Below, piece after piece: positions 1 to 13,527 of a stretch of DNA of 64,000 nucleotides. Position 1 is the stretch's first letter. Every line of letters begins with the position of its first letter. Made by a program: the position numbers and the translations under genes. Source of the stretch: Kudoa neothunni. Lineage: Eukaryota; Animalia; Cnidaria. The notes below the pieces were generated by a model. It was not told the DNA's origin. It worked only from the letters and a program-made list of their open reading frames with translations, and did not search any database. Location: contig OZ199838.1 in NCBI GenBank assembly GCA_964304625.1, forward strand, positions 14,991,450-15,055,449, in the 5' to 3' direction.

Positions 1-850
1 CAGCAATGATAACACAATAACATTAGCAGCGCATTAGTTAGCTAATAATTATTTCCACATCTAAATTAGCCTGAGTATAATCCCCTAGAATTATTTTAGA
101 TTATAATATGTAGGCGAATATCATCTACAGAAAATTAGATTAATCTATGAGTTAATATTAAAGAATCTGCTTCCTTGAGCTACATTAAAAAAAGGTTAAC
201 ATACTATAAATCAGTTAAACAAATTTACTCACAGATTAGAACTTTCTAGAGAATTTAATAAAAAATTAATATTCCTAACAATCACATAAATTAGACGTAA
301 TTTAGAGTGTCCCAATCAATGGAGTATAGAAGCTGAGACATGTTTTTTGTCAAAACTACCAGTTGGTTTACTGGCAGAATACCTATCTAGACGATACTAC
401 ATGCATACAATTGAAATGTCGCACATAGTAGACATGATAATGCTTATACAAGTGGTAATTAAACAACATTACTTTAGTGTTGTCATAAATCTGATTGAAT
501 TACTATAGAATATCAATAATGATAATAACAATTGGGTTTTATCCCTCATTGATTCAATTGTAACATCCAACAAAGCGTGGATTTTGGCGCCATTCAAAAT
601 ATCGTTGTTGCAAAAACTAATGCACAATTTTTACAAACGACTAGTGCAATCTCAAACCGGAAATAATTTTCATCAATTTACTCAACAGGATCGTCACGAT
701 GACAATAACATCTATTCAATCACAAACAATACAACTGCCACATTAGTAGCTATAGATACAACACAGTTTTTGACAATAAAAAAAGTGCATTCGCACGAGG
801 TGATTCGCTCAATAAAACATCACTTGGAGAAATTGTTGGCATACATCTAA
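1..850 (+). CDS. 3' part of a hypothetical multi-exon gene (last exon within ORF 584..850)
   Basis: ORF ending LEKLLAYI* at 850 with short GT..AG segments upstream (e.g. ~196-233, ~455-477); no recognisable domain. Confidence 0.3.
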
Positions 851-889
851 CAGTAGTAATTAGACGATAATGTGCCATCCACTACTTTA

Positions 890-1216
890 TCAATTGGCAT
901 TGCCATCGTTGTTGTTATTATATTTGAGGTTGTTGCGTTGGCGCATAGTTTCATTAGCCTTAATCAACTCTTTGGTGGTTTTGTTAGCATCATCGTAAAG
1001 ATCCTTCCATTGTTGACCTTCATTCTGGTAGAAACGTAATAAATCGACTCTTCTCTTTTTCATAATAAAATAGTAGGATCCAAGTAGAAGTGGTGCGCAG
1101 AAAAAACTAACAGTAAAGAATTTTCTCTGGAAACAATCACCAATTAATTACCAGAGTTTGAGAACTGAGAAGCCCTCCCTAAGATTCATAGTTAAATTTA
1201 TTTGGCGCTTGCGCAT
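890..1216 (-). CDS. Small single-TM protein, COX6C-like (cytochrome c oxidase subunit 6C) candidate
   Basis: Manual translation: ...GLLSSQTL | 25-nt intron gtaatt..ccag | RKFFTVSFFCAPLLLGSYYFIMKKRRVDLLRFYQNEGQQWKDLYDD...NAN*. Pattern resembles COX6C (RGLL..LR, TM, R...FY...KD). Joining to the ATG at 1189 or 1216 needs one extra G in a G-run. Confidence 0.4.
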
Positions 1217-1337
1217 AATTAATTGTGTTTTCAAACTTCTGGATTATTATTTAATGTTTAAATAATCAAAAAAGGTTTAGTAATATTAGTTAAAATAAAA
1301 AAATGTGTAAATTATTTTAAGCACTACTTTAGTTACC

Positions 1338-4300
1338 ATGGTAACTAGATTGTCACGTTTCGATATGTACGCGAAAATTAACGAGACCTCACCTGAACTT
1401 GATTGTGACCTGGGGTTATTGGTATTTTTGTTATGAGTAAGCAAGGAGAAAAAGATCACCAAGTTTATCACTGTAAGTATGTGCATTTAAACAATGTAAA
1501 ACCGATTTATGGGAAGTTTTCGGATTCGCCAAACAGGTTATTAGCTGTAGTTGACAATGTGTTGCATGTATTTTTTGGTAGTGGTTTGATATATTCAGCC
1601 AGCGATGGTATTCTCATACAAAAAATGCATGAGGATGAAGCGAGACATCAAGATGAGGATTTTGTTTTTCACGAGATTGGTTACAAAATTGTCGCGCTTT
1701 GTCAATTTGATGAAGATCATGTAAATATTGCCCAAGATGTACTCCAACATTAATTTGTTTTTAGTTGCTATTATCCTGTAGTTCTAAATCGGAACAAATG
1801 TTAATTCAGTGGAGTATGAAAAGTAGAAAAATTGTTAAGGTATGTCTTGGATTGACGTTAAATTTCAAACTTCTATTTAATTAATCTAATAAACTAAGTT
1901 TTTTATCAAATGATATTTCTTCTGCTGGTTTATTCTAGTTAAATTGGGCAGTGTGTAGTTTGGGGATAGAATCGATTTCAATTAATGAAATTCCACCACC
2001 ATTATACATCACCTTCTCACCAGTTTGATAACGATTGAATTTCTAATAATGTAAAATCATCATATTGACGCTGGATTTTTAGAAAATTAAAATCCCATTT
2101 ATGATTCTAAAATTATTCAGTACCAATCACTTTAAAAAGTTTGTTTGTGTTTATGGGAATCTCACCTCCAAACACAAATTATCGAACCAGCCATCTAACA
2201 CAACAAAATGTACTGCTATATTGAGATTGGATGAGGATGATCAATTGGAATATGCTGTTGATCCTATAACCGATATGACAGACATCCAATTGAAATGTGT
2301 CGCGTTCTGCCAATCAACTGTAGTTCACTGTTGGTTGCCTAGTTATTTATTTGGATTTGTTATTAGGGAGATTTCGTTGTCAAAACCAAACCTAATTGCT
2401 GTATTCTTTTAAATATATACAATTTTGCTTTGTTGAATCATTCTCAAAAAAAGTTCACCATCGATCCCCAACATAAAATAATTTCTTGCATTGAATTCAG
2501 CAGTGATGGTGTTTACCTTGCCATTGGAACCACCAACGGTAGTATACATGTGTTTGAGGTGGAAAGTGGAATCCTCAAAAGTCGTTTCCATTGGCATTGC
2601 CAACGTGTTGAAGGATTACTTTTTGATGATACCTCAAGCAATTATTTGTACTCTGTGGGTAATGAGGGGGTGCTTGTACAATGGGAAATATCTACCAAGG
2701 TGCATCGCTTTATTCCCCGAATTACCACCCATCCTTTGAAATATATTGTTGGTGCTGGTCGTCAATTACTTCTAATCGACCAAACCGACGAGATTATTTT
2801 TGTTAACAACCATTTGTTCAATGTGTGTTATCGCTCTGGTTTCTATCGAAATAATTCCACCAGCGTGGTTGGATTGAGTTACTGTGTCGCCAATGATTGC
2901 CTTGTGAGCAACGGTCGCTGGGGAATGCTCGATTTTTATTCTCCCACATCACATCAAATCACTCAATCTGTAACGGTTGTAAAAAGAAATATTGTCACTG
3001 TCAATTCCGCTGTTATTAATATCGATGTCACTCATGTGGTGTTTGCGAAATGCGGTCAACTTATGATCACAGTGGAACAGCCCATCTATCCGCCAATATG
3101 CCGTGACAAATATCGGATTGATGCCGAATTTGTTGCTGATTTTATCAAGATCAAATGGTGGCAGTTCGATCAAACAAAACAAAAGTTCAAGCTGTTTCAT
3201 ACCGAAAACAATCCACATTTTTCCACTATCAACTCGCTTTCAGCCAATAACAACATCACATCTAAAATGGATACAAATGAAGAAACTGTTCACACCGAAT
3301 CCAACCACCTCCCTCCTATCATGCTAGCCACCACCAGTAAGGACAAGTCCATTAAAATTTGGACTAATCCTTGCACATCTGATAACAACAGTTGGAGATG
3401 TACCACTTTGTTGAATTATAAACAATTAGAGCCGAGCAATTGCTGTTTTTCTCAATCGTCCGACATTATTGCCGTCACCATGTCATCAGTATATCCACCT
3501 ACACATTGCTGAGTGTTATATGGATTTAATGTGTGTTTAGTGTGTAGTTTTATGGAATTCAAATGATACTTGTGGTAGTTTTACGCTCAAAACAGTGTTA
3601 CCGTTTGATGAACCTAAGTATTTTTTTAAAATCACGTCCGATTTCTTTACATTAATGTGGCTACCATTTAGATGTGTGGTATTTGGTAATTATGAATCTG
3701 CTTCTGTTCTGTGTGTTGCGTCATCCACAACAAATAAGTTTTCCATCTTTGACATCGGCTCAGACGCCCAAAATGCATTTGTAACGATGAGTGATAAGAA
3801 GGTTTGTGCGGTATTAGCTGACCCAAATTCGCCTAATATTTGCACAGTTGTCGACTCGTCAACTTCAAAGACTAATTCGAAAAATTACAATAGTATAATT
3901 TTGACGTGTAGTTCTGATTAGGAATGACAAATTTATAATTTAGTTGAGGTATATGATGGTTCACGTTTTGTAAATGTTGACAACAGAGAGGAGCTTAAAT
4001 TCGAGGTGGTAAATTTCGACAAAAAAGGCCATTCATCAAACAAAAAGTATCTCTTGGAGAAGGTCCAATCAGATATCGAACCCCACAAGCCTATATACGT
4101 GGTAGAGAATGTTTTGAAAATTTCTAAAAAGAAAACTACACACACTGCTCATATGTCTAATGATTCTGGTAATATTTATGACTGGAAAAATATGTGTTGT
4201 TTCGGAAATAATCCCCTCCAGAGACATACTCTACTTTCTCATTCCCATTCTCCTCCAATGAAGATTCTTTCCCAACCTTTTTTCATGTTGGATGACTTGA

Positions 4301-4875
4301 ACAATATATTCTGTGTATCTAACAATCAGTTTATTTACCAGTTGATTGAGAATAAAAACATTTCTGCATTGGAAACTCAAAAAATGTCATCTAATCGCAA
4401 TGATGATTCCTTAATGTTAAATGAAGCTAAATTTACAAACGTGTGGCCGTTAGTGGAATTTGATAAAAAGAATGATAGATCTTTCAAGAATAATACTTAT
4501 GATAAGAGTGTACAACAGTTATCTCTTAGAAAATTTAATGAAGATATGTCGTCTGTTTGCAGCCATACTTTGCCAAACCCTTCCCAACTGTTGAAAAAGT
4601 TAATTGACATATCAATCAACACTACAGCTACAATTGATCCAACTGATGTCTCGCCATTATCTGAAAACTCTAACTTGTATGTATTCCACAAGAGGACAGT
4701 ACGTTGTTATACATGATCTAATATTATATCTAGTAATGATGAAAGCGCTCGATTGGAAAAATTAGTTGAGATGGCACGTGTTAGTGCCCACGAAACCATG
4801 ACCAGTTTTCCTAATGAAGCCAAACCAATATTATTCAAAAGAAAAACATTAGATTTTCTTAGTGAGGATATGTAA
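1338..4875 (+). CDS. WDR75: WD repeat-containing protein 75 / UTP17 (NAN1), t-UTP SSU processome subunit; multi-exon
   Basis: WD40 repeats with family-typical LAIGTTNGSIHVF...FHWHCQRVEGLLF...LYSVGNEGVLVQWE...RFIPRI (ORF 2430..3512) and LATTSKDKSIKIW; flanking ORFs are joined by short introns; exact ends approximate. Confidence 0.8.
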
Positions 4876-4988
4876 GTAGTAGTTTATTCAAACATTTTTT
4901 CCTGTCTTTTAAGTCCCTACCAATTAATTTAATAGTAAGTATTTTGAAGGTTTTGAAATTTCAATATTTACTTTAATTCTACTTTTAA

Positions 4989-6393
4989 CCCTCTAACGAT
5001 TTGGTATTGAACATATCTTTTTATTTCATCTATTAAATCTCTCCAAATTTTCAGTATTCTTGGAACTTATTGTGATTTACTTTTACCGGACAAATTGGTA
5101 AAAACTGATGAAAAATTTTTTTTATTTAAATATTATCATCGAACGTTTTTTGGGGTAAAATTTACCACACTTTTTTATTAGTGTAAGGTAAAGAGTATCT
5201 TGTAAATAATCAAATAATAAATTATTCGTTAAATCAAACGAGTAGATTTGAAGAAAACAACAAACGAAATGACTAGTTGGACCAATGTGCATGTGCGCCT
5301 GGTGCATACTTCTAAATGAATGACGCGAGTGATTTCATTGACAAATATTCTTCAGCTGGAGGCAAATTTGACGATCAAGTTATTGATGAAGGTGATATAT
5401 CGGACGAAGAAATAGATCCCATAGATATTAACGATAATAATTTAAAAAGTAAAAGTAGAATTATTTGGAGTTTACCAACGTCATCTACGAGAAAAATCTA
5501 TGTCGAAAGCATAATGAATTCCATCCTTGGTGCCACTTCATACGATGTATCAAAAATAAAATCATTGATTGATTGATTTTTTATCCTCTGCCTCAGAAAT
5601 CGGCAGTATTATCAAAAGATATGCAAAAATGTGCTTGGAAATCATTATTTCAATGATGGGTGACATAATATCAATGAAATTGAATTTGAAGAGTATGTAG
5701 GCCTTCTAATACTAATAGCTATTCATAAGGATAGACAATTACCATTGATAATATTGTCATCGATGTATCTAAATACTTAAACCTCATACGATAATGCATC
5801 GCAATGCAATCAAGGGTGGGGTTGATAATGTGGGTAGAATGTTGGCATCAATTTCTACCCAGAAGTTTAAATGAAGATGGACAATTATCGTCTTTTCATA
5901 TAATTGATATCTAGTTGATTAATGCATTCGCATTATTTAATGACATATTTAATTTAGAGAAAAAATGAAAGAGAAACTTTCTGAAAGAGATTTCTGAAGA
6001 ATTGTACAATTCATTGTAAATAGAATCTCCAGAAAAGTTATCAAAACAAATTCAAATAAATCTGATATTCGAATAAAGAACCAAGTTTAAATAAGAAATA
6101 GTCACGCTGAGATTATTGTGAAGGATAAATGATAGGAAAAGCTGCAAATGGTGTCATAATTGCGGTGCTTATTTTTGTTATTTTTTAATGAGTTTTTTTT
6201 AGCCGATAATGCTACTTTTATTTTGTAAAAACTTAAGGGAACGCCGATATATTCCAATGATTCTACTCGTTTAAATTTAACAATATTTTGCATTCCCAAA
6301 TTAATTTTTTTTAACACATCGGTGCATTAAAAAAGTGGGGTAATTTTTACTCCAAAAATGTTACAGGGTGCTGTTTTTGATATCGTTAGAGGG
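4989..6393 (+). mobile_element. piggyBac-family element, decayed
   Basis: TTAA TSDs at 4985-4988 and 6394-6397; perfect 12-bp TIR CCCTCTAACGAT/ATCGTTAGAGGG; subterminal inverted GGGGTAA..TTTAC motifs; acidic N-terminal transposase remnant at 5316..5576. Confidence 0.85.
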
Positions 6394-6971
6394 TTAATGA
6401 AATAATTTTAAAGAAATTTCTGTAACTAAACTTATTTTTACAATAAGAATATTTATTAATTTTCGACTTCTTCTTCCACTTTTTTGTTCGTTATATAATA
6501 ACTTTCGCCTTATTTTTATTTTAGATTAAAAATCCCGTTAATCCTCAAATTTGTATAACTCTCAGATTATAAGAGTTTCTACCCGTCTCGTTTAAATAAA
6601 TCAATAGATCAAATTTTAAAATAACATATTTCCGTTTTTATTAAATTCTATATTAAAGCCTTTAATCAAATGGCGAATACATTTTCCTCAATACGGTCAG
6701 TCATGCTTATAGGACACCTTCCTGAGGATCGAAATTATTTGCAAAATAACCACCTCACACATACGACTTGAGCTTTGTAATAAATTATTTCTAAAATAAC
6801 TGTTTTTATTAGGAAAAATTTTGATTTTTTTAAAAATAATCTGTAATTAAATTTTTTTTCTTTTGATATAAGTTTATTTGAAATCTCGTAACACGATAAC
6901 AAGGGAAATCTACATTTTATTATGAATTGTTAAAATAAATGTGGTCCGAATGACAGATAATGCATTTATTA

Positions 6972-8691
6972 CAGTGGTGGGCACAACTCTTAGGGATGCG
7001 GGCTATATTAGCGCATTACTGAAGTTTGGAGGGTCACATTGTTGACTATCCGTTTTTTTGATAATTTAAATACCTGTTGGTGGCTTTTCTAACATTTTTG
7101 ATACAATAAAAAAAGAAAGTATATAAATTGATTTAAAAACGCTTCCATTAGTAAAACTTAATAAGGAATTAAATAGTTTTTTTTTAATATAGAAATTTTG
7201 TGATTGGCCTACTATTGTAAGTAGCGATGGAAATAACAGGCTTTATACTTAATAAACTTTAATTTTAACTGCAGTTATGAAAATTTAATAATACTCATTA
7301 AGTAAACACGAAATATTTAAACAAAGAATTATATAATTATTCAATATTTCTTTTAAATTCTATATTAAATATAATATATCATACTCTAAAAAAGGCCAAA
7401 GTTATAAATATGAGTATAATAAAGTTAACCAAAAAAATACATTTATGATATTTCGGATTACACCGAATTTATTGTGAACTAAATATCACCAACGCATAGA
7501 AGTAGAAATAATTTTCTTAGAATTTATTACGAAATATTTCAATTCCAAAGTATAATATAAATAACTTGAAATAACAAAAATTGTAACGTTTGGTAATTAT
7601 CAATGTAATATTCAAATCTTTAAGGTTTGGTAAAATGATTTTCCAGAATAAAAATTCCACCCGAGAAAGTTATCGTAAATTATTATTTGTTACCCTTAAT
7701 TATTTCTTTCAATTTCACTAATTTGTATCAATAAATAAAAGAAATATTCATCATAAGATTTTAACTCCGAATTTTTTGGTGTCGCTTATTATAGCTTAAA
7801 AATATTTTATGGCCGTTTGTTCTCTATCGTTATCGTTGATTTTCTCATTGAATTCCCCAGGTTTCATTTGGTGTCGCTGCATCAAGTTATATTCCTTTAA
7901 TATAGGAACTGATTCGAGACAAAGTCAACAGACCGTTGTATCCATTGAATATGTGTGGAAATATTTTTTAGTCCAATCATCATTATAATGACGGTTTTCA
8001 TCACTAATTGTACAAACATGCGATGTCAACACACGAAGATTAATAAATTAATAAGGAAAGTTTGAGCGCATTATCACTTGAGAGAATTAAGGAGATAAAT
8101 AAAAAACTATTCCTACATCAAGCTGATAAATTTTGATACACCTCTATTATAACATTTATGGTTAAAAATCTGAGGATATCAAAAGAATTATACAGATTAC
8201 ATCGGCTTTATGCCTTTTAAAATATAGTAATAAATCATTTTTCCGTTAATGCATCCTTTGTAATGAAAGATATGATAATAGTTCCTATTGCGTTAAACTT
8301 CTAATTTAGATATGAGTATCGCATGCTCATGATTTTTAATATTTGGTCAATTTTATATTCTTTTCGTTTAAATTAAATCTCAAGTACCAGTTTTTTTCCG
8401 AAGTTGTTAACCACTTATTTTGTTTTAAGCACGTATTAGACCTTATTTTTATCACTATTGCATACGATAATCATAAGCGGGGTGCAGGCGTAAATAAAAT
8501 ATCAAATCGGGTAACCAAATCGAGTAAAATTAACGTTTATAAATCTAAAGTATTTGTCAAAAAGTTATTTATTAATTTGTTTATGGAAGAAAAACGCTGT
8601 TTTGGTGTTAATAGATCGTGGAAATCGTGTACGCTCGCGCAATTTTGCAGCCTTCTAAACTCGTCCGCGGGCCTCACTTTGCCCACCACTG
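6972..8691. mobile_element. hAT (Buster/Charlie-type) non-autonomous element
   Basis: TIR CAGTGGTGGGCA/TGCCCACCACTG; 8-bp TSD ATTTATTA/ATCTATTA (1 mismatch); no intact ORF. Confidence 0.75.
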
Positions 8692-9442
8692 ATCTATTAT
8701 TTTTTCAGATGTTACAAAAGAATCGCATTTTACAAAATTATTAACTTTCATGGTTATCCGATGAGACGCAATTATTATTTACGTTGTGTAATCAATCGAT
8801 TCACATATATTTGATCTATTTTCGATTTCATACATATAGCTGTTTTTACCTTAAAAATATATTTATATTGAATTTCAAGCACTCAATCCTCAATTACACG
8901 TTCTCAGATTGTGTATTAGCTGAATTCTAGACTAGTTGATTCCGATTATCATTGCTGATTTTGAAGATTCGGCAATGTTTGCTCATAAAATTAAATCGAA
9001 CGCATGCGGCGGATCCCTAAAATTTTATTTAAGCTCTACATTTATGTTTAATCTTTAGTAAGTAAAATCTGGATGACATAATCAAGCCATATCGATGATA
9101 CTTCCCAATTGAAACGACAAACTTACTAAATGTATGTTTTTAAACGTTGTAATACAAGAATCACAAATCAACCAATATTATTTTACTGATTATAGTGCAA
9201 AAAAGGGAAAACGATCATAAAATAAATATGCTGGGCCAATAGACACAGCCTATCTAATAATCATTAGTCACTATTGTTGATTTATTCATGGATTAATCTT
9301 CGCACCTTATTTTAATGAAATTTTCCGTAAGTAGATTTAATCCACTTTAAGGTAGATTTTACGAAAAGTGAAACTAATCGTTAGTTACACAATTGAATGT
9401 GGGCGGTAGGTGAACGAAAATGGGCGCGCGCGCAGTGTCAAT

Positions 9443-10149
9443 ATGCGACGCGGTGTAGTTGACTTTGAAAACCAAAATCAAAGTAGAGCTTTGCCTCAAC
9501 AAAATTTTAAGGCAACAAATAAAAGTATACCAAACTAAACCATCAAATAGTAATGGTAATAATATGACGGATAGGTGAAGCGCGATCACAACAAAGACGA
9601 GTATTCGGAGATGTGGCCAATGCTAATCGTCAAACCTTGTCACCAAAAGCATCCTCAACTAACTTTGAGTCAGGAAATACTAAAACAAACGTTCAAAATC
9701 AAACAGATTTCATAGAACGCGAATCAATGTTTGTATACGATCCAGGTGGATATTCTCCGTTTAATAAAATACACTACGAAGTGTGATATGATTTGTAATA
9801 ATGTCATGCATTTAGAGAAATTTCCAAACACAGTGTATGAAAATCCTCGTGTAATACGAGAAGAAACTCAAAAAATTCTGCGTGGTTTTCGTAATATTAA
9901 TCAAATAGCTCTAAATGCTGCATTCAATTATCCTAAATTTCATAAATCTTCGATATCAAATAAACCGCCTCAGAGTGTACGTGAATCAATTAACGAAGAT
10001 GACAGTTTGATGATATACCATGATGAATCTCTCAATCCAGTGTCTATATGTGAGTTTTTGTTTGTTAGGTTAGTTTATTTAATCTTTAATTAGCTGTGGA
10101 TGATTTGCTGGACGAATTCAGAATTGATTCAGACAACGATTTTATTTAG
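9443..10149 (+). CDS. Securin-like (PTTG1/Pds1-type) APC/C substrate candidate, 4 exons
   Basis: Spliced translation MRRGVVDFENQ...QQRRVFGDVANAN...DFIERESMFVYDP|EKFP...VDDLLDEFRIDSDNDFI*: N-terminal FEN (KEN-like), D-box-like RRVFGDVAN, IE...FxYDP motif, acidic C-terminus; three short GT-AG introns restore the frame. Confidence 0.45.
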
Positions 10150-10810
10150 AAAATTCCATGTTCATTATCTTTTTGAAACAACTATTTTTATTTCGTTTAC
10201 AACAATATGTATATTTGAAGAGTGATCATTTTATGGATAAATATTAATTAATTAATTTATCTTTCGTATTTATTTTAAAATCATTTGCGCTTCCAAACAA
10301 TATTAAGTAAGTCTTGTACTTGATATTTTGTGTAAAAACAGTTCGCTACTTTTTAAGTAAGAGAAAATTTTTTCGCTGAGTGAACAATATTGAAATGAAA
10401 TGGTGATAGAAAATTCGTGGAGTTGTATTAGGAGGATTGAATGTTTGATAACAAATGAAGAAGTAAGTTTTGTTTCGTTACTATATTAATTTTAAAATTG
10501 AAAAAGTTATATATCGTCATATAAAGATTTTATGATACACCCCAATTCTTTTATATGGAATTTTCTTCCGAAATATTTATATATACGTTTCATTAATTTC
10601 GCAGATTATTTAAGAGTGTTTAGCCATAGTAAAAACATTTTAATAGAAAATGGGAATGAGTCATTTAATGCATTTTTAGAAAGCCAATAAAAACATTAAA
10701 CTACTTGATTTTTTGTTGCGCGTAGACTTGAATAACTTTTCAATCTTTACATAATGTAAAAATGAAATCGTTTCGAAACAAAACAAAGAGTAATCTTCAA
10801 TGAAACACAT

Positions 10811-11549
10811 CAGGGTAGTAAACCGATTTTTCGCACTTATAGAAATCTTACAATAAACGTTTTAGAAACATTCTAATTTTCAAGGAATGAATATAACTAC
10901 CCTTTGTTATAGTATTTGTGAAATTTTAAATCATTACGTTTTTATCCCTGTTTTTTCGGTGAAATGAGAATTAACCGATTTTGAGCACATTTTTCAGTCT
11001 TTAATCCTATTTTGGCTCTGCTGAACATGCGATAAAAATAATTTTCCTTTAGCCGGATGGAAAATTTGTATAATGTATGTATATTTTCCGTCCCATTCTC
11101 CTTAAAACTATTTTTTAATAATCAGATTTTGTTATCTTTGATAAACGTACATATTGCTTTACGATAATTCGAACTTCCCCATGGATACAAATCCCATTTA
11201 CCGGCTACTTTATCGTGTTATTTCCTGTGTTTACTGAAGGTGTTCTAAGTCAAAAGAAATACGAGAAGCATAATAATATAATAAGTTTAATAGATGTAGT
11301 CATATTAATAATAATTAATGTAAACATATTAACGAGAATTCTTTTTTTTAGAGTACATGTCGCACATTCTTAATTCAGATTGATTCATAGAGGTCGTAAT
11401 TATACCGTAAACTGAATTTAATATTATATTTAATAGTATAGTTTAAATAAAACGAGGGTAGAATAATATCGTTGTATAAATTTGTAGGTCCAAACTAAAC
11501 TTCCCCTGTGGAGCGCGCATACAAAGTGCGAAAAAACGGTTACCTACTG
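10811..11549. mobile_element. pogo/Tigger-type MITE or relic
   Basis: Right end AAGTGCGAAAAAACGGTTACCTACTG+TA, inverted to a degraded left end ..GTAAACCGATTTTTCGCACTT; termini resemble the 34256 element. Confidence 0.55.
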
Positions 11550-11686
11550 TAATAAGAATTAGGAAGAAGTATTGTGTTACAGCCTTGTCAAAAAATAACC
11601 GTTAAATTATAAGTCTGGCGATTACACCATTAAATTCTTAAAATTTCATAGGAAATCGCTCATTTTTTTGAGGTATTTTTAATTAA

Positions 11687-12728
11687 CCTTCCGAGCGCCT
11701 CGAAATCAACTGTACATTTGGTGCTTTGGGGGTCAAATTGACCCCAGACGATTTTTGCACTGTTGGCTGCAATAAATAGTTATGTAATCATATGCGAAAT
11801 TCCATTAAAATTTATTGACATACTTCTGTCGTATTTTCACCAAGATTTACATTGTGTGTATACAAAATAATTTGGATTTGTGTGAATTTGTTGGCGTAAC
11901 CTGTGTTTTTGTCAACTTAGGTGTTATTGTAACGAATTAATGAGATAAATCAATTTTTGACGTGTAAAATAGTTTAATTTCTTTTTTTACTAAAAATGTT
12001 GATAAATTAAGTTCATTTGTAACGTGAGTAACAAACTAATTTCCTACAGTTGGTAACCACTTTTACATAACCCCCTAGGGGACAGGGGAAAATAAAAATA
12101 GTCGCTTAACCATTTTAATCCAGTTTGGATCGCAAGTAAACGATATGAATTTTTTTATATCGCCCCTTGTATATAATTTAGACTACAAACATTAATCTTC
12201 TCGCAGAACACATTTAGATCCTCATTTTTATCGTCAGATCCACAAGAATTTTAATTTTGACAATTAAAATAAGTAGCATAAAATAATTCGTTAGAATCGC
12301 TCTCACAATCAGCGAGAAAAATCTTCCTTGGACTTTATCAAAATGTTTGGGGTAACTTGGCGCGAATGGTGCGGTCAAACGGATGGATCCGTGTCATCGC
12401 GTATGACCTTGTTTACATGCTCTTGTCATTTTCTCAATATTCTGCCTACAGAATTCAACCAAACTCAACCATTCAATTCTGTAAATATTCTGTTATCATT
12501 TACAACAATAAAACCCCTAGGGTCAAATTGATCCCAAAAGCACTGTGTATGTTTTTTTGTATATCGTTGTTTATTCTATTTTTTCAAATTTTTATTGAAT
12601 AATTATAAAATTCTATTTATTTTGGGAGAATACACCCGATATTACAATTGTTTAATTCTCCTATGTAAATAAAATTTGTAATACAATAGGCCCTGGGGTC
12701 AATTTGACCCCAGGGACACTCGGAAAGT
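11687..12728. mobile_element. piggyBac non-autonomous element
   Basis: TTAA on both sides; TIR CCTTCCGAG/CTCGGAAAG; palindromic GGGGTCAAATTGACCCC subterminal motifs; left end similar to the element at 22937. Confidence 0.75.
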
Positions 12729-13527
12729 TTAATTAGTTTGTCTTGTTAGGATTGATGCTATTTTTTTATTTCCAGATGCATTTATCAGTTCTGTTAGAAT
12801 TCTTAAATCGTGCTCCAATCAGAAAGAATCAGAATAAATAAATTTTAATTCATTTCTACGAACTAACAACACTTATATAAATCATACTAACCAATAACAG
12901 ATAATAGATAGCACTATTTTGTCATTGATTTTTATCCTATCAAAATTTTACAATGTTCTCTACGAGGTCTACGCTCCCAAATATTTATCACATATATTGA
13001 AAGAGTATTGATGCGAAATTCGATAATTTTTTAATTTAATTTACCAAATATTTTTGAGGGATTTATTGGTAAATTTGAAAAAATTCTAACTTCATCATAA
13101 CCTACCTATGAACATTCCACCGAGAAAAGTAAATATCGCTTCTATGGTGGTATACACAAAAATTTTCTATTCAAAAAATGTGGAATAATGTTGACATGAG
13201 TGAGGAAAAAGATGCTCATTTAGTTCACGTGGCTTTATCAGGCTAGATTAGTTTTCTTTCGACAATTCAAGCATTTTGTTTAATGACAATTACTTATTAA
13301 AGTAGACCTAAATATTAAGTTATATGATTTAAATGAGAAAACCATTACAGAATAATAACGCAACAATCGGGACCACATTTCCAAAAGTAAAACGGACACA
13401 GTTGTAGCTATTAGTTTGTTATTAACTATAATTTGCTGCTGAGAGAAACACCAATTGAACAATTTTTAAATTCCGCCTACTGCGTACACAGTATATAAAT
13501 AAATAACTAAATAATCGGTCACGACAA

